From positions 128,001 to 192,000 of the forward strand of contig CAVXEP010000019.1 in assembly GCA_963760795.1 (NCBI GenBank): a DNA stretch of 64,000 nt. Direction: 5' to 3'. Position numbers and translations under genes: made by a program. Positions 42,014 through 51,874 of the stretch are shown piece after piece (within the stretch, counting starts at the first letter, position 1; every line of letters begins with the position of its first letter). The notes under the pieces were generated by a model. It was given only the letters and a program-made list of their open reading frames with translations, was not told where the DNA came from and searched no databases. This DNA comes from an uncultured delta proteobacterium (GTDB lineage: Bacteria; Desulfobacterota; Binatia; UBA9968).

Positions 42014-43276
42014 GTGATGCACTCGAATGAGAGAAAAGTAGCCATTACCGGTCTTGGGGTTTTATCCCCAATTGGGATTGGAAAAGAGCTGTTTTGGGAG
42101 GGTATCAAAAGTGGGCGTTCGGGCATCAAACCGATCACAGCGTTCAACTCGGAAACCTTTCCGGTTCGCATAGCAGGTGAAATTTGCGATTTTGATCCTC
42201 ATTCTTTTTTCCCGCAAATCCTCCTTCGACGGCTGGATCGTTTTGCCGTGATGGGACTAGCAGCCACAAAGCTCGCAATGGAAGACGCCGCTCTACCCGA
42301 TAAATTTAGCGAGGACGAAAGCGATAGGGTCTGTGTTCGAATCGGGACCGCAATCGGCGCTTTGGCCCATGCGGAGGAAGTTCATTCGATCTTCATTGAG
42401 AAAGGGGCTAGGCGCATCCCGCCTTTTTTTAGTAGCTTAGTCTTACCAAGTTCACTTGCCACTCAAATCGGTATGTTTTGTGGCGTACATGGCTCAATAT
42501 CCACGATAGTCTCAGCGTGTGCATCCGGAACTTCGGCTATCGGCGAGGCATTTAGGCTGATTCGGCGAGGTGAATATGATGTGGCCATCACTGGTGCATC
42601 GGACGCGCCGATTACACCTTTGGTCATTACAGCGTTCTCCTCAGTTGGCCTTCTGTCATCACGTAACGATGAGCCGACTATGGCCTGTCGTCCATATAGT
42701 ATCGACCGCGATGGGATTGTGCTTGCTGAAGGTGCAGCCATCGTTATTCTCGAAGAAATGAATCATGCTCTCTCTCGTGGTGCTCGAATTTATGGGGAAA
42801 TTCTTGGTTATGGGGAGGCTTTTGATGGCTTTCACACCCACCATCCGCTTCCCTCAGGTGATTTCTGCGTGAGAGCGATGTCTGCCGCACTTAATGATGC
42901 TCACCTTAACTGTGACGACGTCGATTATGTGAATCCGCACGGAAGTGCATCAATTCAAAATGATAAAGCAGAAACGATGGCGATAAGGAAAGTTTTTGGC
43001 AACCATGCAGGGCAACTTTGTGCGAGTTCGACGAAGTCCATTATTGGTCACAGTCTCGGAGCTTGCGGTGCGTTAGAATTTCTCGCCTGTGTTTTAATGT
43101 TAGATCGTCAGTACATTCACCCAACCCTCAACTTAACCAGCCAGGATCCGGAGTGTGATCTTGACTTCGTTCCAAATGTTGGACGAGCGACGTCTGTTCG
43201 AAACATCATGAAATTGTCGAGCGGATTTGGTGGTTACAATGCTGCCTGCGTACTCGGCCAAGGCGATCATAGATAA
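42014..43276 (+). CDS. stand-alone FabF-like beta-ketoacyl synthase
   Basis: VAITGLG, SACASG (Cys), VNPHGS and GHSLGA (His-His), SGFGG. Confidence 0.9.
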   Translation: MMHSNERKVAITGLGVLSPIGIGKELFWEGIKSGRSGIKPITAFNSETFPVRIAGEICDFDPHSFFPQILLRRLDRFAVMGLAATKLAMEDAALPDKFSEDESDRVCVRIGTAIGALAHAEEVHSIFIEKGARRIPPFFSSLVLPSSLATQIGMFCGVHGSISTIVSACASGTSAIGEAFRLIRRGEYDVAITGASDAPITPLVITAFSSVGLLSSRNDEPTMACRPYSIDRDGIVLAEGAAIVILEEMNHALSRGARIYGEILGYGEAFDGFHTHHPLPSGDFCVRAMSAALNDAHLNCDDVDYVNPHGSASIQNDKAETMAIRKVFGNHAGQLCASSTKSIIGHSLGACGALEFLACVLMLDRQYIHPTLNLTSQDPECDLDFVPNVGRATSVRNIMKLSSGFGGYNAACVLGQGDHR

Positions 43277-43277
43277 C

Positions 43278-45449
43278 GTGTCCTGGTACATTATAAATTA
43301 TTTGTTCGGGGCTTTGTCTTCACTTGTTGCTGGACTCTTCATTTTATATCGAGGAGAGACGCGAGTGTCGACGAGGCGAACCTGGTTCGCCCTTTGTGTA
43401 TCTGTCAGCGGCTGGCATCTCGGTCGTTTTCTGATGACTCAAGCCGCAACCGAGGTTGTTGCCCAATACGCAACGCTGATAGTTTATCTTGGAGCGATAC
43501 TGATACCTCCAACGTATTTGCATTTTGTACTTTCTTTATTGACAGAAGAAAAGCGACATTTGAGGCTGTTAGTTGTGGCGTATGGTGTTGCCCTGATCGA
43601 GTTCTTTTTCTACTTTCATGGGTCGCTCTTGAGTGGAGTACGGCAGTATTCATACGGAGGATTCTACGAGATCCCTGGGGAGTTTTACCTGGTATACGTT
43701 GCTAGTTTCGTCGCCTTGCCAATCATAGCGTTCGCTAAATTACTCGACTCTTTTCGCCGCACCGATGCGGTTGTGAAGAGAAACCAACTCAAATACGTAA
43801 TTTATTCAACTGTGATTGGGTTCGTTGCGGGCGGCATGTCGTTCACTCCATTCTTTACGTCGCAAGTGCCACCCTTTGGGGCGCCTCTAGTCTATCTCTA
43901 TACTTTGCCTATTACCTATGCCGTTACGCATTATCGGTTAATGGATATCAGCGTAGTCATTAAGCGAAGTGTCATTTACGCGGCGTTACTTGTAGGACTG
44001 TTAATCCCGTGTTTCCTAGTCGTCATTTGGGGACAGCATCTTGCCTTTGACGCCGTAAATGTCAATTTTTCTGTCGCGATTCTTCTTTTATTCATAACTG
44101 TCGGTTTTTTATTTCCCAAAGTTCGCTTCAGAACCGAAGATGCGCTAGAGCGAGTGCTGTTCAAGAAGGGATTTGACTACCGTGAAACCCTGCTGCGCTC
44201 CAGCCAAGACATGGTCTCAATCGTCGAAATCAAAGCGCTATCTGTAAAACTCGTTGAGACTATCGGCAAGTCGCTGCGGATTGACAAAGTTTCGCTTCTG
44301 CTCAGCAACGAAGGGAAGGGCAGTTACAATTTAGAAGCGAGCGTTGGCCTCGACTTCGAGCATCCGGAGCGAATACTCTTGTCGCGCGATGGACCCTTGA
44401 TCAAGCTCTTGCAGAGCCGCAAAGAGCCGATCATCAAGGAGGAGCTAGAGTGGGTGCCGGTGGGACCGGAGACGCCGCAGACGATTGACACCATGGGCAA
44501 GCTCGGCGCGGAGATCAGTTTGCCGATCATCTCGAAGGAAAAGCTCATCGGTATTTTGAATTTGGGCCACAAAGAAGACAAATCTCTTTACTCGGATGAA
44601 GATTTGGAATTGCTTTCAACCCTAGGGAATCAGGCGGCGATCGCCATCGAAAACGCCCGGCTATATGAAAATCTCAAACAATCCCAAGTGACTCTGCGGC
44701 GAGCCGATCGGCTTTCTTCGTTAGGTTTGTTGACCGCCGGGCTGGCCCATGAGATCCGCAATCCGTTGGTGGCGATCCGCACCTTTACACAACTCTTGCC
44801 AGAACGCTACAATGACGCGGAATTCCGCGATGGGTTTCAGGGTTTGGCGCTCAAAGAGGTTGACCGCATTTGTGGTTTGATCAACGATCTGCTCAGTTTC
44901 GCGCGCCCGTCTAAGCCCAATGTCGCGCCGGAAAATATCAACGATGTGGTCGACAACATCGCGCGTATTTTGGAGGCTCAGGCCAAGGAAAAAGGCGTTG
45001 TCATCGTTCGCGACTTCGCCACCGAGGTTCCCAAGGCCTGGATTGACAGAGAACAGATGAAGCAGGTATTTATGAACCTCATACTCAATGCGATCCAAGC
45101 CATGGACGGAGAGGGTTCCATCACAATCTCGAGCCGGGAGGTTACGCGCCGAGGCACGGCGCCGGTCGGGCAGTTTGTCCAGGTGGAGGTGCGCGATACC
45201 GGTGTCGGTATTCCGGACGATAATCTGGAGCATATTTTCGATCCGTTCTTTACCAGCGGCAAGGAAGAAGGCAGTGGCTTGGGGTTGGCCGTGTCTCATC
45301 AGATTGTCGAGGAACATGGCGGTTTTCTCACCGTGGAGAGTAAGGTAGGACAGGGAACCGGGTTTTTTGTCCATTTGCCTGTTAGCGCTCCGGTTCGGGC
45401 CGGCGCGAGCGGTATGGCTAACACCCACGAGCGGTACGGTTTTCACTGA
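43278..45449 (+). CDS. sensor histidine kinase: ~7-8 TM + GAF + HisKA + HATPase
   Basis: hydrophobic N-terminal 290 aa ending YAVTHYRLMDI, GAF (YSDEDLELL), AHEIRNPL, N/G1/F/G2 boxes; start approximate. Confidence 0.92.
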   Translation: MSWYIINYLFGALSSLVAGLFILYRGETRVSTRRTWFALCVSVSGWHLGRFLMTQAATEVVAQYATLIVYLGAILIPPTYLHFVLSLLTEEKRHLRLLVVAYGVALIEFFFYFHGSLLSGVRQYSYGGFYEIPGEFYLVYVASFVALPIIAFAKLLDSFRRTDAVVKRNQLKYVIYSTVIGFVAGGMSFTPFFTSQVPPFGAPLVYLYTLPITYAVTHYRLMDISVVIKRSVIYAALLVGLLIPCFLVVIWGQHLAFDAVNVNFSVAILLLFITVGFLFPKVRFRTEDALERVLFKKGFDYRETLLRSSQDMVSIVEIKALSVKLVETIGKSLRIDKVSLLLSNEGKGSYNLEASVGLDFEHPERILLSRDGPLIKLLQSRKEPIIKEELEWVPVGPETPQTIDTMGKLGAEISLPIISKEKLIGILNLGHKEDKSLYSDEDLELLSTLGNQAAIAIENARLYENLKQSQVTLRRADRLSSLGLLTAGLAHEIRNPLVAIRTFTQLLPERYNDAEFRDGFQGLALKEVDRICGLINDLLSFARPSKPNVAPENINDVVDNIARILEAQAKEKGVVIVRDFATEVPKAWIDREQMKQVFMNLILNAIQAMDGEGSITISSREVTRRGTAPVGQFVQVEVRDTGVGIPDDNLEHIFDPFFTSGKEEGSGLGLAVSHQIVEEHGGFLTVESKVGQGTGFFVHLPVSAPVRAGASGMANTHERYGFH

Positions 45450-45765
45450 TAATGCGGACCTTAGTCATTGATGAGTCTGTGGGCGTTTACAAAACGCCGA
45501 CTTCAACCAGCTGTTGCAAAGCGCGATTGCGCTCGAGGAAAAGACCAAAATCGCCGGCGGCCAGATTCACGCCTTGCACTAAACGGTAACCCCGTTTGAT
45601 TGGAAGAAAAACGGACGCTTCAGACCAATTTGCTCCGACAAAAAACAGCTGGCGTACATCGAACGATCGTTGTTCGATTGTCATTCTTGTCACTTTTTGC
45701 CCACCGTTGACAGTGTCAAGGTTGCTTCCCGCAAGCTAACTGTTTGAAAAATAAACGCTGCGAAT

Positions 45766-45781
45766 TGGCCTGTAGGTTGCT
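45766..45781 (+). promoter_or_regulatory. sigma-54 promoter 1
   Basis: TGGCCTGTAGGTTGCT has exact -24/-12 spacing; IHF-like site 45737-45749 (reverse TTTCAAACAGTTA); SD GAGGAG just downstream. Confidence 0.7.
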
Positions 45782-45804
45782 GATAGACAGCTCTGAGGAG
45801 TACC

Positions 45805-46053
45805 ATGACATGTTGATCAGCCAGCCCGGACCTTGGCCATGACCTCGGTCAAGGTGGCCCTATGGGGTCGGTCGCCGATTGCTTGAACGCCCACAGCGTT
45901 CGGCCCGAGGATAGCCGCCTGCTGCTTGGTGCGTTGTTAGCCAAACATTGGGTGGAAAAAAACGGCGACCGCTTTATCACGGACCAGCCCAAGGCGGAAA
46001 TAGACATGGTTAGAATGGAGTTCCCGATTGTTGAGTACGGAAAAAAAAACTGA
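45805..46053 (+). other. small sigma-54-driven ORF or RNA of uncertain nature
   Basis: SD + ATG ACA TGT TGA, in frame with the 63-aa ORF 45862..46053 that ends 1 nt before the next start. Confidence 0.35.
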
Positions 46054-46054
46054 C

Positions 46055-47467
46055 ATGAGTCAGCCCTTATTGTTGGTGGTGGACGACGAAGCCGGCGTGC
46101 GCCAATCGCTGCAAATGGTGTTCAACAAGATTTACCGGGTTTTGGAAGCCTCGTCCGCCGATGAAGCGATGCAGAAGGTTACCGAGGAAAGGCCAGACGC
46201 TGTGCTCTTGGACGTCATGATGCCGGGCGCCGACGGCCTCGGTGTGCTCAAGCAAATCAAATCTATCCACCCCGACTGCCAGGTGATCATGCTCACCGGT
46301 ATCAATACCGCCAGAACGGCATTTACGGCCAAGGGAACTGGCGCCTTCGATTATGTGACCAAGCCATTTGACGTGGAAGAACTGCGTTTGCGCGTCGAGC
46401 ATGCGCTGGAAAAAGTCCAGCTGTCGAGAGAATTGGAGCGCTTGAAGGAGGAAGTCGGCCGCAAGTACGGCATCGACTTCATCATCGGCAAGTCCAAGCA
46501 AATCACCGACGTCTTCAAAGCGGTCAGCATGGTGGCGGCGAAAAAAAGCACGGTGCTGATTACCGGTGAAAGCGGCACCGGCAAGGAACTCATCGCCAGG
46601 GCGATTCATTACAATAGTGACCGGCGCTCGAAACCTTTCGTGGTGGTGAACTGCGCCGCCTTGCCGGAAAATTTGATGGAGAGCGAGCTGTTCGGTTATG
46701 AACGAGGCGCTTTTACTAACGCGTCGCAGAAGAAGATCGGCCGCTTCGAACTCGCCCATGGCGGCACGTTTTTCCTTGATGAGATCGGCGAACTCGACAT
46801 CGGTGTCCAAGCGAAGTTTCTGCGCGCTATCGAACAAGAGACTTTCAGCCGTCTTGGTGGTACGGACGAAATCAAAGTGGACGTGCGCATCATCGCGGCG
46901 AGTAACCGCGATCTGGAGCAGATGGCCAAAAACGCTGAGTTCCGGCCGGATCTGTTCTACCGGCTCAATGTGATTTCTTTGTTCTTGCCCCCGCTGCGCG
47001 AACGCCGTGACGATATTGTCTTGTTGCTCGACCATTTCTTGCGCCTCAAATCCCAGGAACATTCGATCGCTGCCAAGACGCTGTCCCCTGAGGTTGTCGA
47101 CTTTTTCACGTCTTATCCTTGGCCAGGTAACATTCGCGAGCTGGAGAATTTGATCGAACGCCTGACGATTTTGACGCCTCAAGAAACCGTGACGCTGCGC
47201 GATTTGCCGCCGAGCTTGCGCTCGACGGATCAAACCGCCACGCTCAAAGAAGACGTCTTGAGCGGTTCGCGGCCGCTGAGCGACGCGGTTGACGAGTTCG
47301 AGCGCGAGCTGATCGTCAAAGCCTTGCAGCGCACCGGCTTCAATCAGACCAAGGCCGCATTGATTCTCAACACCAGCCGGCGCATCCTCAAGTACCGCAT
47401 CGAGAAACTCAAGATCCACAATCCCAACGATGAGGACGACGATGACGAGGTGAAATTATCGTCATAA
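46055..47467 (+). CDS. sigma-54-dependent response regulator (NtrC/AtoC family)
   Basis: REC, GESGTGKE, ESELFG..GAFTNA, FLDEIGE, WPGNIRELEN and Fis HTH. Confidence 0.95.
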   Translation: MSQPLLLVVDDEAGVRQSLQMVFNKIYRVLEASSADEAMQKVTEERPDAVLLDVMMPGADGLGVLKQIKSIHPDCQVIMLTGINTARTAFTAKGTGAFDYVTKPFDVEELRLRVEHALEKVQLSRELERLKEEVGRKYGIDFIIGKSKQITDVFKAVSMVAAKKSTVLITGESGTGKELIARAIHYNSDRRSKPFVVVNCAALPENLMESELFGYERGAFTNASQKKIGRFELAHGGTFFLDEIGELDIGVQAKFLRAIEQETFSRLGGTDEIKVDVRIIAASNRDLEQMAKNAEFRPDLFYRLNVISLFLPPLRERRDDIVLLLDHFLRLKSQEHSIAAKTLSPEVVDFFTSYPWPGNIRELENLIERLTILTPQETVTLRDLPPSLRSTDQTATLKEDVLSGSRPLSDAVDEFERELIVKALQRTGFNQTKAALILNTSRRILKYRIEKLKIHNPNDEDDDDEVKLSS

Positions 47468-47557
47468 TTGGACATTTTTGTTGCCTTCAGCTTCCTTAAC
47501 GGTCCCTTCTTGCGGGAAAACTCCCTCTAAATTCAATCCCTTACCTAAAACCCCTGG

Positions 47558-47573
47558 TGGCATGCGCCTTGCT
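47558..47573 (+). promoter_or_regulatory. sigma-54 promoter 2
   Basis: TGGCATGCGCCTTGCT; IHF-like ATTCAATCCCTTA at 47531-47543. Confidence 0.75.
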
Positions 47574-47587
47574 GAAATAGCTTCGCT

Positions 47588-48697
47588 ATGGATGCCAGCA
47601 AACCCAACATATTAGTCGTCGATGACGAGATGGGACCGCGAGAATCGCTCAAGATGATTCTCAACCCCTATTACAATGTGCTTATCGCCGACCGGGGCGC
47701 CCAGGCGATCGAGATGCTCAAGCGGCATCCGGTGGACCTGGTGACCTTAGATCTCAAGATGCCGGGGCTGACCGGCATCAACGTGCTGGAGAAGGTCAAA
47801 GCCCATGATCCCGACATCGAGGCCATCATCATCACCGGCTATGGCTCGCTCGACACGGCCATCGAAGGTTTACGCCTGGGCGCGTTCGATTATATCTCTA
47901 AGCCCTTCGACGTGAACCACATCCTGTCGCTGGTCCGGCGTGGCTTGGAACGGCGCACCGCGAAGGCCAAACTGCGCCAGGTCAAGTCCGATTTTCTCTC
48001 CAACGTTTCCCATGAACTGCGCACGCCGCTCAGCGTGGTTGTCGGCTTCGTCTATCTGCTGCTCAACCAGGTCATCGGCAAGCTCAGCGAGGAACAGCAG
48101 AAGGTTCTCGAAACCGTCTACCGCAATTCGGAAGAGCTTTTGGAGTTGATCGATAACGTGCTGTGGATGACTTCGCTCAACGCCGGCGACGCCAGCGCCA
48201 GTGTCGAGAAGTTCGATGCCCGCGATCTCGTCAAGGAATCGGTTGACCGGCACGAGAAGATGATCCGCGATAAGGGCTTGCAACTCAATGTGCAGTTCGC
48301 CGACGGCGATTTGTCGATGGTCAACGACCGCGCCAAAGTCGAACGGGTTTTTCAGAATATTTTTAATAACTCAGTCAAGTTCACCGCGGCAGGCGAAATC
48401 ACGATCAATGTCGGCGCGTCGGCGGACCGCGCCGCTATGGATTTTGAAATCATCGACACCGGGGTCGGTATCGAGCAGGACAAAATCGCCACGATTTTCG
48501 AACCGTTTCATCAAGCCGACAATTCGTCGCGGCGCGCCTTCTCCGGTTTGGGCATCGGGCTCACGGTGGCGCGCCGCATGGCTGATCTCATCGGTGGTAA
48601 ACTAAGCATCACCAGTAATCCCAACGTCGGGACCCGAGTCCTCATGAGCTTCCCGGCCCAGGCGGCGCTGGCCGCGCAACAGAGAAAATATGCTTAA
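47588..48697 (+). CDS. hybrid receiver-histidine kinase (REC-HisKA-HATPase)
   Basis: VVDDE/DLKMPG, SHELRTPL, NNSVKFT, DTGVGI and GLGIGL. Confidence 0.92.
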   Translation: MDASKPNILVVDDEMGPRESLKMILNPYYNVLIADRGAQAIEMLKRHPVDLVTLDLKMPGLTGINVLEKVKAHDPDIEAIIITGYGSLDTAIEGLRLGAFDYISKPFDVNHILSLVRRGLERRTAKAKLRQVKSDFLSNVSHELRTPLSVVVGFVYLLLNQVIGKLSEEQQKVLETVYRNSEELLELIDNVLWMTSLNAGDASASVEKFDARDLVKESVDRHEKMIRDKGLQLNVQFADGDLSMVNDRAKVERVFQNIFNNSVKFTAAGEITINVGASADRAAMDFEIIDTGVGIEQDKIATIFEPFHQADNSSRRAFSGLGIGLTVARRMADLIGGKLSITSNPNVGTRVLMSFPAQAALAAQQRKYA

Positions 48698-49391
48698 CCC
48701 GAAATTTATCCGCTGCCGCAACTGTGATGCCGTGCATCATGTGACAGCGTTTGATAAAGCGCCCAGCTATTCCGTTTCAGCCGGCAAAGCCAACGAAACG
48801 GCGGCCAACGATTGGCATGATTTTATGAGCAGTCATGCCGGCCATCGGCTCGAACCGCTTGAGGCCACCGGGCAGAGCTATTTCTCCGACGGCCCGAGCT
48901 CCGATCCCATGGCCACTGGCTTTATCGAGGCTACCGACGGCAAGGAGACCGTCTTACTGCGGCGGGTTCGGTCGACTATTCAGGAGCCACTGCGGTTTGA
49001 ATGGGTTCCAGGCCGACTGGTCCCGGGAGAGTCGACTCTCGACGTACAGGAAAACTCGCTGCGCAAGGAAATGAAACTGCATTTTCCCTGGGCGCCGGCA
49101 GAGCCTTTGTCCGACCAGAAAATCGATTTGTTCGTGCACCTTTATCGCCAGGTCGTCAGCGGCCTCGACGCCCGCTCTGTTTACAGCCGCGAGTTCACCC
49201 TGGTCGATGACAATATCGTTTACGGACAGCTGGACGCTGCCGCCTGGAGCACGCTCCTGGACAATTGCCGAAGCTGCTTTACCACGGACGAGGTGGCGGC
49301 GTTACGCCGATTCATCGAATGCCACCGCGACGCGGACGATGTTTTGGCAGTGGTGATCCGGCGTGGCATGGTCGTCGAGCAACGGCTGTAA
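48690..49391 (+). CDS. hypothetical protein with CxxC and HxxH (possible Zn site)
   Basis: IRCRNCDAVHH...SHAGH; overlaps the upstream stop. Confidence 0.7.
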   Translation: MLNPKFIRCRNCDAVHHVTAFDKAPSYSVSAGKANETAANDWHDFMSSHAGHRLEPLEATGQSYFSDGPSSDPMATGFIEATDGKETVLLRRVRSTIQEPLRFEWVPGRLVPGESTLDVQENSLRKEMKLHFPWAPAEPLSDQKIDLFVHLYRQVVSGLDARSVYSREFTLVDDNIVYGQLDAAAWSTLLDNCRSCFTTDEVAALRRFIECHRDADDVLAVVIRRGMVVEQRL

Positions 49392-49752
49392 CCTTGCCGC
49401 TATTGCCGACCTCACTCCTATAACTTCACGGACCAAAGCACGCAACCCGGCTGCCATTTCTGAAACATCTTCGATAAGGCATCGGTTGACGTGCCCCTCG
49501 CCATTGGGTGAACTCACTCCTTTCTACATCATTCACGGCGAAATGTTCGGACTAGTTTGTCGCGTTCTTGGCTAGCTCGCTGTCGCCCACGCGATTTTTT
49601 TCTGACACTGAATCGTTTGCTTGCATGCTACTGCCCAGTGGTGGCATATCCGTCTTGTACAGTCGGCGTCCTCGATTCGCGCGAGGTATAAGCGCTTTCA
49701 CCGTGCCGACTGTGAGTGAAGCAAACTGGAGAATCAACGGAGGCAATGCAGC

Positions 49753-50902
49753 ATGGCGCAAGATTTTGTCGGTACTAAACGCTGGGTAAGGCAGGCCACT
49801 TCCTACGAGCTTTACATGGACGAGCAAAATCTGCCGATCCATCGCGGCACGGTGGGGTTTTACGACATTCGCGATCTGACTTTGGCGCCTTGGAAGCGCA
49901 TGGGCGCGCAAGGCGCGTTCATCGACCTTAACGGCTGTGGCGGTCTTCAGGGGATGTACGTTATCGAGGTGCCCAGTGCCGGCGTGATTACTCCGGAAAA
50001 GCACATGTACGAGGAGATCTTCTACGTGCTTGAGGGGCGCGGCACGACGGAGATCTGGAACGACGGCGATGGCAACAAGACGCAGACCTTCGAGTGGCAG
50101 CAGGGTAGCCTCTTTTCTCCACCGCTGAATACCTGGCACCGCATCGTCAACGCCACCTCCAGCCCGGCGTTGCTCCTCAGCGTGACCAATGCGCCGCCGA
50201 TCTTTCACCTGTATAGGAGTCAGGACGCGCTGTTTAACAATCCGTACCAATTCAAAGATCGCTACGATGGCAGTGCGGATTACTTCAAAGCGCAGTCAGA
50301 ACTCGGCAAGGATCCGCGCCACGGCCGGGCGCGCAACTACGGTAACATTATCCCGGACGCCGACCGCGTCGAGCTGCCGCTTGACGGTCAGCGCGGCGTC
50401 GGCCACCGGACTTTCTTTTGGAACCTGTCCGGCAATAGTTTTCAGGGCTTCATCGCCCAGTATGCGCCCGGCCGCTACTCCCGCTGTCACAACCATGAAG
50501 CCGGCCCGGTGCTGTTGTGCTTAGGCGGCAAGGGCTACACGATCACCTGGCCCGGCGAGGCGGGGACCACGCCGTGGAAAGACGGCAAGGGCGAGTTGGT
50601 GCTACGCCAAGACTACAAGCCCGGCGGCATCGTCAGTGCCGCCCCCGGCGACGCCGGCTGGTTCCACGGCCACTATGGCGCATCGAAAGAACCTTTGCGT
50701 GTGCTCGCCTTCCTGGGCGGCTTTCCCAGGCGAGTCATGGGTGTGCCCGGCGTCGATTGGCGCGGATTGAATCTCGACATAAAAGAGGGCGGCAGCACCA
50801 TCGAGTACCGCGACGAGGATCCGTATATTCGCAAGATGTTTCAAAGAGCAGTTGGCCAAGGAAGGCGCAGCGTTCAATATGCCTGAAGAAGCGTATCTGT
50901 AA
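49753..50902 (+). CDS. bicupin domain protein (indel near 50843)
   Basis: EKHMYEEIFYVLEGRG..PPLNTWH and a second cupin HNHEAG..GWFHGH. Confidence 0.8.
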
Positions 50903-50983
50903 GGGATTAGAACGGGCAAATTGGAGAGATGGTTATGTCAGCTTCACCCGAGTCCCCGAAGCCGACCCTCCGACCCATTACGG

Positions 50984-51375
50984 CTACTTCGTCCAGAACG
51001 GCATCAGCGAATAGAATAGCAGTGGAATTGCAAGGACCGGGACGATCCAGACGAGCGCCAGCGGGATTTTCCGGGTGACGTGTTCCGGCAGGAACGTAGC
51101 GAGCACGCCGAGCACGGTGGCGCCGAGCATCGACGTAGCTGTCCAGCCGTACCAGTACATTACCGGGCCTTCGCCCTGGCGCGGCCGCGCATAAAACAGC
51201 TCCACCCGGTCGGTTGCGGGATGATAGGAGAACAGCGGCCAGCCCATCATGTCACAAACCACGTAGAGCGCCGCCGCGGAAAAGCCGAACACGATGGCGA
51301 AGGTCTTAACGCTGTGGACGACGCCAGAGATTTAGACGCGCTCCCGGCCGGCGTGGTGTTGGTTGGCGTGCTCAT
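50984..51375 (-). CDS. small membrane protein (indel near 51330)
   Basis: 3 TM; ATGA overlap with the upstream gene. Confidence 0.65.
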
Positions 51376-51874
51376 GAGCCAAATCCCCTGACGTTGTTGA
51401 CGACGTGACCGACCAGGAAATTAAACCAGCACCCCCGGCGAGATACATGGTCACCCATTTACGCGTGCTGTCGTAGTCCGCGTGCTGGGAATTCTTCCAG
51501 AGGTACCAATAGATCGGCAGCAGTCCGAGGCCGATAGTGGCGAGGTGTTCCTTCATTTCGAAGAAGCCCTGTGTCTTCCAGAAGCCCTCCTGCTCGATCG
51601 GAACGCGGACGTAGATGCGGTACTTGGTGTAGATCCATGCGCCGAAGATGAAAGTCACGATCCATAGCACGCAGACCGCGGTGGCGTAGCCGGCACCCTG
51701 CACCGCGCGGAAGCGGGTAACGAAACCGGCGCCTGCCGCCTGGCGCACCGGTATGAGCACCGACATCGCCTGATGCGTGAGCGCTCCCAGCAGAGCGACC
51801 GCCAACAGTCCATGGATGATCAGCAAGATCGTCCAGTACGTGTTGACGGATATGTAATCGAATAGGTCGTCCAT
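51372..51874 (-). CDS. membrane protein, 4 TM with intramembrane His (indel near 51435)
   Basis: IHGLLAVALLGALTHQA and EMKEH; RBS GGAGG. Confidence 0.65.

Noticed and set aside
46067-47419. Long antisense ORFs (450 aa here; also 16477-17349, 8363-9178 and others)
   Set aside because: Shadow frames of GC-rich real genes, with no motifs
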